From assembly GCA_003661975.1 (NCBI GenBank), contig QMXE01000001.1:1-52584 (forward strand): a stretch of 52,584 nt of DNA, in the 5' to 3' direction. The position numbers and the translations under genes were made by a program. The notes under the pieces were generated by a model. It saw only the letters and a program-made list of their open reading frames with translations. It was not told the DNA's origin and searched no databases. The DNA comes from Candidatus Bathyarchaeota archaeon (GTDB lineage Archaea > Thermoproteota > Bathyarchaeia > Bathyarchaeales > DTEX01). This document shows, piece after piece, positions 1 to 7,883 of the stretch. Position 1 is the first letter of the stretch; every line of letters starts with the position of its first letter.

Positions 1-303
1 CAGAGATGTAAGTCTCCAGAGGAGATATGCCTTAGACTTCTCTTAGATCCAGTTGAGGTTGAAGGAGCCATCAACAGCCTTATTGGGAAGGGATATCTAG
101 ACAGGAACCTTGAGCCAAAAGAACCTTCATCTAAAGATCTAGTTAAGGAGCCATTTGATAAAGCTGAAGGTTCCACCATCAAGATGGGTGGAGAGACTCA
201 GATTATTCGAGATAAAGAGACAGATGAAAGAACCAGCACACTACAGGACTTAAAGAGAAGCATATCTATGCTCTTAGGAGGAGGAAGAGATAAAGAGGAG
301 TAA
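1..303 (+). CDS. C-terminal fragment of a hypothetical protein (5' end outside the window)
   Basis: Frame 1 is open from base 1 to TAA at 301-303. The sequence ..PEEICLRLLLDPVEVEGAINSLIGKGYLDRNLEP.. resembles the end of a winged-helix domain and is followed by a charged tail. There is no start codon in the window, so it is absent from the ORF track. Confidence 0.35.
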   Translation, partial: QRCKSPEEICLRLLLDPVEVEGAINSLIGKGYLDRNLEPKEPSSKDLVKEPFDKAEGSTIKMGGETQIIRDKETDERTSTLQDLKRSISMLLGGGRDKEE

Positions 304-362
304 ACCTATGCTAAAGGAAGACCCAAGCATTACCAGTGCAATATAAGATTGAGGGATAGGAA

Positions 363-1085
363 ATGAGCTGTCGAAAAAACGGGATTTTGCTGTCAATTCT
401 ACTCCTACTGCTGATATTATCCAGTGCATCACCTTTACTGGCAGATTTCATAACGGTACTGCTCGGAACGGATCCGAGCGGGGATGCACATCCAGCATCA
501 CTAGATATACTAAAGGTTTACATTGCAAATAATGGTACACACTTCAAGTTCATCCTCGAGTGCAGAGGAACTCCAGCACCTTCATTCTTCAGAGCCTATA
601 TTGTCTGGATGGATACGAAGGGCGGGTCATTCTCAGATTACTGCCTAGTCGCTGACGGCTTATCCGGCCTCTATGAGATCAAAGTGGTTGATGGAACCAT
701 AATAATCAGGTATAAGGCTCCGATAGTCGTTACCGTAGAGGACAAGAGGATACATTTGATGGCTAAGCTCAGCGATATCGAATACCCAAGTGGAGTAAAG
801 GAGATAGTGGGTGTGATTGCAACAACATATCAATTCACGCCTAAAGGAAAGAAGGCTCCTACTAGATCTCCATTTGGGGATGGCACAATTCCTAAAGGAC
901 CGGAAGATATACCAAAGATACCTCACTTCAAAATTAAGGATAGAGCTCCGGATACTGGAAGATACACCGTTGCACGGGAAGTAATTCCTGAACTGCCTGG
1001 AATAACCCCCTTCATCTTCATACCATCAGTTATAATAGCAATCTACATAATCTATAAAAAGAAGTTTCAGACAGATGGAAAGTAG
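363..1085 (+). CDS. Secreted / C-terminally membrane-anchored protein of unknown function
   Basis: 240-aa ORF with an N-terminal hydrophobic signal (GILLSILLLLLILSSASPLLA). The C-terminus has a motif-TM-basic tail arrangement (PELPGITPFIFIPSVIIAIYIIYKKK). No catalytic motif recognised. Confidence 0.6.
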   Translation: MSCRKNGILLSILLLLLILSSASPLLADFITVLLGTDPSGDAHPASLDILKVYIANNGTHFKFILECRGTPAPSFFRAYIVWMDTKGGSFSDYCLVADGLSGLYEIKVVDGTIIIRYKAPIVVTVEDKRIHLMAKLSDIEYPSGVKEIVGVIATTYQFTPKGKKAPTRSPFGDGTIPKGPEDIPKIPHFKIKDRAPDTGRYTVAREVIPELPGITPFIFIPSVIIAIYIIYKKKFQTDGK

Positions 1086-1114
1086 CTTTCATTTTTTGGA
1101 ATAGGAGAAGCAGA

Positions 1115-1630
1115 ATGATCACTGAAACCTTAGATTTAGTGATCGGAGGGATCAAGGCTAGACTCTTGAAATATATGGGCCTGGCGGGACTACTCTTCAA
1201 TGCAAACATGATCACCAATAATATTTGGGTTGGAGGTTTAAACTCGCCGAGAACCATCATATCTGAGGGATTCAATACCGTAATAGACCTTCGAGAAGAA
1301 GATGCCGGCAGCTATCAGTCCATCCTAAAGAAGCATGGAATAGAATATTTTAATATAAAGATTCCCGATGGAATGGGAGCGCCCCCCAACGTTCTGTTTG
1401 AGATTACAAAGATAATAATGGAAAGAGTCAATGATGGAAAGAAGATCCTTATACACTGTAATTTGGGACGTGGAAGATCAATACTCGTTGCAGCTGCTTA
1501 TCTGGTCTCAAAGGGACTCAAGCCAAATGAGGCAATAAATAAAATAAAGAGTATAAGGAGCGTCTCTTTTCTTAACACTCAGCAGAGAGAGGCATTATAT
1601 GAATTTGCAAAAGCCATTAAAGAATGTTAA
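1115..1630 (+). CDS. Cys-based dual-specificity / tyrosine protein phosphatase
   Basis: 171-aa ORF with the P-loop signature HCNLGRGRS (H-C-X5-R-S). A candidate general-acid loop (KIPDGMGAP) lies about 30 aa upstream, the spacing typical of DSP/PTP enzymes. Confidence 0.8.
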   Translation: MITETLDLVIGGIKARLLKYMGLAGLLFNANMITNNIWVGGLNSPRTIISEGFNTVIDLREEDAGSYQSILKKHGIEYFNIKIPDGMGAPPNVLFEITKIIMERVNDGKKILIHCNLGRGRSILVAAAYLVSKGLKPNEAINKIKSIRSVSFLNTQQREALYEFAKAIKEC

Positions 1631-1892
1631 TCTCAATATTTCACCATTAGATATGCTATTTTAGCAAATCAATAATTAACGAGAAGTTCGTCCTAGTCAA
1701 AGCATTTCATAAAAGTCTTTAAGATGCGAGATTTTGAAATCTTAAGTTTGCCTCTTTGATGCTGGAGGAGCATTTACGCGTTTCTATTCGATTAGATTAT
1801 TCCATTATGCAGGAATCCTCCAAAGATATTTAGGGAACATTTCCCTCCAAAAAAGACGTAGATTTAGTAAGTCTAGTTAGGTTTGAGATGAT

Positions 1893-2975
1893 ATGAAAAG
1901 GCGACTATCATTTAGAGCTTCCATCATAATTATGCTCCTCGGCCTACTGCTCTTCATATTATACCTATACTTTTTTGTTGGATTCAGGGATATCTTGGAG
2001 ATCCTTAGGAAGATAGATCCACTCGAATATTCCATATATTATTCCCTAACGATCATGGCAATTCTGTTAAGCATAATTTTCTATGCAATGACATGGCATG
2101 ACATACTAAAGACGCTCTCACTGAAATTGAGTTTGAAAAGAGCAATCCTTTATAGTTGGGTTGGAAACTTTGTTGATCTAGTCCTTCCATTAGAGACCAT
2201 AAGCGGAGAATTAACTAGGCTTTATCTAATTCAGCGGGATATTAAAGGCGACTTGGGAAGGATAGTTGCATCTCTAGTCTATCACCGCATAATCTCTATC
2301 TCAACAACGCTATTCGCATTAGCAGCTAGCTCGATCTACTTGATAATTGCTTATAGGATCCAATTGGGCATCACAATATTTCTATTAAGCGTCTTGGCAT
2401 GCACAATCGCCACAATAATACTAATTCTATATCTATCATTTAATAGAAAGTCCGCGGAAAGGATAGCCCACGGAATCATTAAGGTTGCCTCATTTCTCAT
2501 AAAGGATGAAAAGAGACTTGAGAGTCTAAAGGATAGAAGCATGCGTGAACTATCGGTATTCTATGATGCGTCTATAGTCTTAGGCAAGAATCCATGGATG
2601 CTGGCTAAGCCCTTCTTTTACAGTTATCTCTCATGGTTCTCTCAGTTCATCATCTATCTACTCGTCTTTTACGCATTAGGAGTCCCATGTATAATCTATT
2701 ATATTCCACAAATGATCGTTGTTTTCTCGATAACTCTAGCTGTTCAGACGATCCCTGTGGGATTTCCAGTTGGACTTGTAGAGCTCGTAATGACTTATCT
2801 CTACAATATCTTGCTCAAAACGTCTCCGGCGATGAATGGCTTAGCAACCTCACTGATACGTGTAGTCACCTTCTGGTTTCAGATATTAGTTGGCTTCATA
2901 ATCATCCAGTGGATGGGTTTGAGGCATGCAGTGGAATCGGGCTCCTTTATGAATAGAGAAAGAACACTTGAATGA
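1893..2975 (+). CDS. Polytopic membrane protein, UPF0104 / lysyl-phosphatidylglycerol-synthase-TM (flippase-like) family
   Basis: 360-aa ORF with about 8 hydrophobic segments. Its length and layout resemble the flippase-like UPF0104 family. Assigned by overall resemblance only. Confidence 0.55.
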   Translation: MKRRLSFRASIIIMLLGLLLFILYLYFFVGFRDILEILRKIDPLEYSIYYSLTIMAILLSIIFYAMTWHDILKTLSLKLSLKRAILYSWVGNFVDLVLPLETISGELTRLYLIQRDIKGDLGRIVASLVYHRIISISTTLFALAASSIYLIIAYRIQLGITIFLLSVLACTIATIILILYLSFNRKSAERIAHGIIKVASFLIKDEKRLESLKDRSMRELSVFYDASIVLGKNPWMLAKPFFYSYLSWFSQFIIYLLVFYALGVPCIIYYIPQMIVVFSITLAVQTIPVGFPVGLVELVMTYLYNILLKTSPAMNGLATSLIRVVTFWFQILVGFIIIQWMGLRHAVESGSFMNRERTLE

Positions 2976-3013
2976 AAAGGCTTTTTTGTGAATAACGCAT
3001 ACTTCTTGATGAG

Positions 3014-3355
3014 ATGTTACGTGAACCATTAATGAAATTAGCAATTGAATATTTCAGGAGGAGAGGATATAGGATTGAGAGGCCGGGGCAAAAGGGGTCA
3101 TCATCTACATCAGAAAGCTCCAAGATAGACTTTATTGTAGTTAAGCAGAACGAGATGCATCCGGTCCTAGTTAAGGAATGGAACAGAACAGTCGGCGTTA
3201 ACGTCGTAATAAACTTTGATAAGGCATCACAAGATAAGAGATTCTCAAATCCAATATTGATCTCTGAAAAATTCAGTGAGCATGCAAAGGCATATGCGAA
3301 TCGTAGAGGAATAAAACTTATCACGAGATCGGAAATTATAAGAAGTCTAGCATAG
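3014..3355 (+). CDS. Small Mrr-cat / PD-(D/E)xK restriction-endonuclease-like domain protein
   Basis: 113 aa. The pattern EYFRRRGYRIE..SKIDFIVVK..PVLVKEW..V....FSEHAKAYANRRGIKLITRSEI matches the layout of the restriction endonuclease (Mrr_cat) domain: Gly-Tyr helix, acidic ID strand, xK strand, C-terminal 'i.Li.g..l'. Confidence 0.45.
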   Translation: MLREPLMKLAIEYFRRRGYRIERPGQKGSSSTSESSKIDFIVVKQNEMHPVLVKEWNRTVGVNVVINFDKASQDKRFSNPILISEKFSEHAKAYANRRGIKLITRSEIIRSLA

Positions 3356-3381
3356 GATCCGTTACTATAATCAGCCCCTAG

Positions 3382-4479
3382 ATGTTAAAAGTAAAAAATA
3401 GGCAGATCACTATGTGGAAGAGGTGGATACATCCCCTCTGCGAAGAGCTTCAAATAGATAGTAACGGTCCATTTTTGAGGCTGAAAGATGGAAGAATGGC
3501 GACTATAGATCGAAATGGAATAAAATTCAGTAGTAATGATGGTCTTTCATGGAGTGATCCAATACCAGTCTGCGAGGGCATAAATGATAAGGAGCCATCA
3601 TCCCATGGTTTAGTTCAGACAAAGAATGGGACTATAATCCTGCTCTACTTGAACTTCACCACATATAATTTCACGTGGAATGATGAGCTCGGAGAACCGG
3701 GTGACGACTGCAGATTGGAGATATGGTCTATCCGAAGCTTAGATGGCGGCATGACCTGGATCGATAACCAGATGGTTATGGGCGGTTATAACGCGAACTT
3801 CTTCGGTTTTATTGAGACATCCTCCGGACGTATAGTAGCAAGTATAGAGCACTGTGCATCCGATCCAGGCCGTTTCATAGTAGCCTCCATATTCTCAGAT
3901 GATGAGGGAAAAACTTGGCACAGAAGCAATTGGATAGATTTAGGGGGACATGGACATCACGATGGAGCCCTAGAGCCTACACTCGCCGAATTAAGTGATG
4001 GAAGATTATTGATGCTTATCCGCACAAATCTTGATAGGCTTTGGCAGGCGATCTCTGAGGATGGAGGTAGATACTGGCGAATAATTATGCCCTCTCCACT
4101 CGATGCAAGCAGCTCTCCAGCGAAGATGATTAGGCTGAAGAGCGGCCTTCTGGTGGTTGTATGGAATAGGCTTAATCCCAAGGGCTCCGTATACCCCAGG
4201 AGGAAGCCTGGGCCGTGGCATCGTGAAATATCAGCCTCTTGGCATCGTGAAGAGCTCTCAATAGCCTTTTCTGAGGATGATGGAAAAACGTGGACTCCGC
4301 CCGTAGTGATCGCTCGTTACAGAAACGGGATATTATGCTATCCATACGTCTTTGAGGCTCATCCAGGCGAGATATGGGTGACCGCAGGCTTCGCTCTCAA
4401 TGAGAAGAGAGAACCTTGTCCGCTTAGATTGAGGCTCTACGAGGATGATATGCTAAGAGAGAGCAAAAGTAGAGGATGA
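3382..4479 (+). CDS. BNR-repeat (sialidase/neuraminidase-fold) beta-propeller protein
   Basis: Five Asp-box motifs S-x-D-x-G-x-(T/S/Y)-W are present: SNDGLSW, SLDGGMTW, SDDEGKTW, SEDGGRYW, SEDDGKTW. No signal peptide is evident. Confidence 0.75.
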   Translation: MLKVKNRQITMWKRWIHPLCEELQIDSNGPFLRLKDGRMATIDRNGIKFSSNDGLSWSDPIPVCEGINDKEPSSHGLVQTKNGTIILLYLNFTTYNFTWNDELGEPGDDCRLEIWSIRSLDGGMTWIDNQMVMGGYNANFFGFIETSSGRIVASIEHCASDPGRFIVASIFSDDEGKTWHRSNWIDLGGHGHHDGALEPTLAELSDGRLLMLIRTNLDRLWQAISEDGGRYWRIIMPSPLDASSSPAKMIRLKSGLLVVVWNRLNPKGSVYPRRKPGPWHREISASWHREELSIAFSEDDGKTWTPPVVIARYRNGILCYPYVFEAHPGEIWVTAGFALNEKREPCPLRLRLYEDDMLRESKSRG

Positions 4480-4531
4480 AAGGATCCTCTGCAAAAAGGT
4501 TATTAATTGAACTTTGCATTTATGCGCATAT

Positions 4532-5704
4532 ATGGAACCGTTCAACTACGAAAAATATAATAGCCTAATCGAGGAGAACAGGAGAAGGCTGGAGAGAGTT
4601 CAGAAGTTCGAGGAGCCCGATAGAGTTCCCGTTATAATAGGTCTTGGAGGCCCCTATTATGCTAAGATTTTCGGCTACACATTCAAGGAGTATTATGGAA
4701 AATTGAGGGTCATGCTTGATGTGCAGATCAAGGGGATTAAGTGGAGGATAAATTGGCTTAGAGATGATATTTCGTATATAGGCGTGAGTTTCGATGTAGG
4801 CTCGATAGCCGAAGGCATAGTCTTCAACTGCGAGATAAAGATGCCGGATGATGAGAATCCTTGGAGAAGCCCATGGATCATACCGTGCATAAAGAGCCTA
4901 GAGGATATTGATAACCTCGAAGTTCCAGATCCATATGAGCATAAGGGCATAAGGGAATATTATAGAAGATTTGAGGAGTTTAAGAGGCTTGTAAGGGAGA
5001 ATTACGGGGATCTCCCTGTTGGAGGCGGCTTGGGGATTCATCCGCCTGTTTCTGCAGCTGGATCTCTACTTGGAACAAGCAGACTCTACTTCTGGCTTTT
5101 AAAGTATCCAAACGAAATGCATAAGCTCTTCAGAAAGCTTGAAGAGACATTTAAGGTTTTAAGAGAATACTATTATGAGGTTACTGGAGCTGAGAGGGGA
5201 TATTTGGGGCTTGCGGATGATCATTCTGGATATTTAAATAGGAGGATGTATGAGAGGTTCACTCTGCCCTACAACTTAAGTCTATATGAAGCCTTTGGCA
5301 CAAAAGATAGATCCCTCCACATGGACAGCCACATGGAGCACATAGCAGACATAATTACGGATGTTTATAAGGTTAGAAGCGTAGATGTTGGAGTTGAAAA
5401 CGACATAAGAGTTCTAGCTGAGAAATTTAGGGGAAAAGCCATATTCAACGGAAACGCGAATTGGAGAGCTCTCCTAGAGAATTCATTTGAGGCAATCGAG
5501 ATCGAAGTTGAGAGATGCATATATTATGCGGCTCCAGGCGGAGGATACATCTTCGATAATGGCGGAGAGACATACGCAAATATCCCCCCGGAAATGCTGA
5601 AATATGAAGTGGAATATGCAAAGAAAGTTGGTAAGTATCCGATAAAACGTGGGAATTTTAAGCATTTAGATGTAATTGAAAGGGAGAAGAGAAAGCATAG
5701 TTAG
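4532..5704 (+). CDS. Uroporphyrinogen-decarboxylase (URO-D) / MtaA-superfamily protein
   Basis: The ORF track starts at TTG 4514; ATG 4532 (MEPFNYEKY) is the likelier start. The N-terminal PDRVPV block and a roughly 390-aa TIM-barrel-sized length are typical of URO-D-family proteins. No HxC zinc motif of MtaA was seen. Confidence 0.5.
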   Translation: MEPFNYEKYNSLIEENRRRLERVQKFEEPDRVPVIIGLGGPYYAKIFGYTFKEYYGKLRVMLDVQIKGIKWRINWLRDDISYIGVSFDVGSIAEGIVFNCEIKMPDDENPWRSPWIIPCIKSLEDIDNLEVPDPYEHKGIREYYRRFEEFKRLVRENYGDLPVGGGLGIHPPVSAAGSLLGTSRLYFWLLKYPNEMHKLFRKLEETFKVLREYYYEVTGAERGYLGLADDHSGYLNRRMYERFTLPYNLSLYEAFGTKDRSLHMDSHMEHIADIITDVYKVRSVDVGVENDIRVLAEKFRGKAIFNGNANWRALLENSFEAIEIEVERCIYYAAPGGGYIFDNGGETYANIPPEMLKYEVEYAKKVGKYPIKRGNFKHLDVIEREKRKHS

Positions 5705-5735
5705 GCATAAAAAGACTTATGATTTATCAAAGTAG

Positions 5736-6680
5736 ATGTGTGGAGGGAGAAAAGTTTTGTCCGAACAGAAGTATAAGAAGGCATTTATATTCCTTGACAC
5801 TGACAAGCATGCAAGCCCATTTGACATGCTCTTGACATTAGATCTATATCCGGACTCAGCAATCTGGAAATATGAGAATGTAACTGTCGAGGACGCTGAG
5901 AGGCTAATATACGATATTATATTTCCACGCGGACCCAAAGGGATCAAGCATACTAAAATTTTCATTAATGGCAGGGACATGGAACTTACAAATGAGATTC
6001 TAAGGAAGATTAAGAAGTGCATGTTTCCACCCTTCGAGCTAAGCGTAATAATTGATCCCAGAGGCGCATACACGACTGCTTCAGCACTGGTCGCAAAAAC
6101 TTTGGAACTATCAATGAGCAAAAATCTTGGGGACTTAGAGGATAAGAGAGTTACAGTTCTCGCTGGGACAGGGCCAGTTGGCAGAACCGCCGCCATGCTT
6201 TATGCATCCGAGAAGGCTGAGGTTACGATTACATCACGCAGTCTAAAGAGGGCTGAGGGCTTATCTGAGAAGATAAATAGAGAGCTCGATGAGGAGAGGG
6301 TGTTTGCGGCTGAGGCTGACACGCCGGAAAAGATAGGAGAGACGATTAGGAATGCTGAGATCATAGCCTCGACTGGAGCGGCTGGAGTTCAGCTACTCCC
6401 AATAAGCATACTTAAGGAGTATGGAAAGAAGTGTAAGATTGTGGCTGACGTAAATGCTGTTCCGCCGCCTGGAATTGAGGGACTAAAATCATCTGCGGAT
6501 GGAGATGAAGTTCTGCCTGGAATCTTTGGAATAGGAGCATTAGCAATAGGGAAGCTCAAGAATAAGACCGAAGCCGAGCTGATTAGAAGAGCCGCGGAGG
6601 AGCCGAAAGGAATATTCGATTATAAAGTTGCATATAAGATTGCAAAGGAGATTATCATGGAGAAGTCGAGTAAAATATAA
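5736..6680 (+). CDS. NAD(P)-dependent methylene-tetrahydromethanopterin / methylene-tetrahydrofolate dehydrogenase, MtdA-like
   Basis: Resemblance runs end to end with MtdA/MtdB-type dehydrogenases as I recall them. Shared blocks are the N-terminal FIFLDTDKHASPFD, INGRDM, the Rossmann loop VLAGTGPVGR, FGIGALAIGKLK and a C-terminal YKIAKE. An in-frame TTG at 5757 (MSEQKYKK..) may be the true start. Confidence 0.65.
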   Translation: MCGGRKVLSEQKYKKAFIFLDTDKHASPFDMLLTLDLYPDSAIWKYENVTVEDAERLIYDIIFPRGPKGIKHTKIFINGRDMELTNEILRKIKKCMFPPFELSVIIDPRGAYTTASALVAKTLELSMSKNLGDLEDKRVTVLAGTGPVGRTAAMLYASEKAEVTITSRSLKRAEGLSEKINRELDEERVFAAEADTPEKIGETIRNAEIIASTGAAGVQLLPISILKEYGKKCKIVADVNAVPPPGIEGLKSSADGDEVLPGIFGIGALAIGKLKNKTEAELIRRAAEEPKGIFDYKVAYKIAKEIIMEKSSKI

Positions 6681-6707
6681 AATGTAGAAATCAGCGATCT
6701 CCCCGCT

Positions 6708-7331
6708 TCAAAGTTCCTTCAGGTAATCATCGAGTATTCCCTTAGACTCAAGCATCCCAAGCCAATCTACAATTCCAACTTCAGGTTTTCTCTCACCCTT
6801 AATGACTGAGATCATCTCATCCACAACCTCTTCTGGACTCTTAGATGTTGTATCTATCTCGCATAACTTTTCAACTCCGCAGACATCTACGGCGTCAAAT
6901 AGGCATACATCCAGGATCTCAGCTGCCAAGTTCTCTATAACCTTCCTCCGACTATACCCCCTATCCTCCAGAGTCTTCTTAAGATCCCTCGGATCCCTTC
7001 TGAGTACAAAGATCAAATCAACCTTTTCCGGGGGAACTACATGAACCGCGTAGTGCCCCTCGATAATTATGGTTCTTCTTTCGGCATCTATGATTTCGCT
7101 GATCCTCTCAGAAAGTCTATCAGTATCGGCAATTAAAGTCTCCCTCTCCTTATCCCATCCAGTATAGAGGCCCTCCCTCTTAACTAATTCACCGATGGAG
7201 ACAAGTCTAGCCCCTAAAATGGATGCAAGCATCTTCGAAATCGAGGATTTTCCAACACCGGGAGTTCCAGTAACTATGTAGATCCGACGTTCTTGTCTTT
7301 GCCCTTTAAAACTCAAATTCTTCTCCCTCAA
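6708..7331 (-). CDS. Adenylate kinase isoenzyme 6 / Fap7-type nucleoside-triphosphatase
   Basis: Walker A IVTGTPGVGKSS, followed by ..IIIEGHYA.. and VLRRDPRDLKKTLEDRGYSRRKVIENLAAEI. This matches the archaeal/eukaryotic Fap7 (AK6) pattern. Confidence 0.75.
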   Translation of the reverse strand: MREKNLSFKGQRQERRIYIVTGTPGVGKSSISKMLASILGARLVSIGELVKREGLYTGWDKERETLIADTDRLSERISEIIDAERRTIIIEGHYAVHVVPPEKVDLIFVLRRDPRDLKKTLEDRGYSRRKVIENLAAEILDVCLFDAVDVCGVEKLCEIDTTSKSPEEVVDEMISVIKGERKPEVGIVDWLGMLESKGILDDYLKEL

Positions 7332-7510
7332 TATCTAATGGGCATATCAGCCTTAAAACTTTGAATTGCCATCTTATGTAGGAAATAATCGAGAACCCTC
7401 ATTAAGCCTACGAGAGTCGCTGAGCAAGATCCATCCAAATTGCGGATTAGAGAGAAAGTCTATCCGGAGATAGAAAGTCTACTATTCCTCCGAGTATCAG
7501 CCAGAACACA

Positions 7511-7878
7511 TTATGGCAACATAAACTTGTATGTTACATGCCCGAGTGTTAATTCGCCTTCACCATTATAGTAGATGAAGCCAATAATGGCCAATAGAGA
7601 TTCAACTCTAAACCGAGAGGCAATGTGAAGAGCCTTCCATCTAAGTCTCAATTTCAATTTTTGATTATGCTCAGCCAAGAAGCCTACAATAAGGCTCTCA
7701 CATGCCTTAATCACTAATATGCGTAGTTTATCCCGAGATTGGATCAGCCTGCATTGAACCAACTCCGCCAGCGAAATTACCTAGATGTGAACCGAAAAGC
7801 AGAGTCAAGAGGAAGACTATAGATTCCCCAATACTAAAGAATCCCTCAGTTGATGGAATAATATTTTACGCAGGCCAT
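7511..7878 (-). pseudogene. Possible decayed remnant of a small polytopic membrane protein
   Basis: Three short minus-strand reading-frame pieces abut. They are ATG 7878 MACVKYYSIN*, then ..STEGFFSIGESIVFLLTLLFGSHLGNFAGGVGSMQADPISG*, then the 83-aa ORF 7511..7762 (..ILVIKACESLIVGFL..). The G-rich TM motif followed by 'iK..E' recalls ECF-type S components. No single intact ORF exists. Confidence 0.25.
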
Positions 7879-7883
7879 TTATG

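Noticed and set aside
3014-3355. Mrr-cat-like nuclease as the seed of a restriction-modification or defence island
   Set aside because: No methyltransferase, specificity subunit, helicase/ATPase, or any other defence-associated gene is adjacent. The neighbours are a flippase-like membrane protein and a BNR propeller. It was kept only as a stand-alone small nuclease-fold protein.
7453-7481. Direct repeat AGAAAGTCTA x2 (7453-7462 and 7472-7481) enclosing a TCTATC/GATAGA hairpin upstream of the Fap7-like gene
   Set aside because: These are only two 10-nt copies in an AT-rich spacer. That is within chance expectation and no further copies were noticed in the window.
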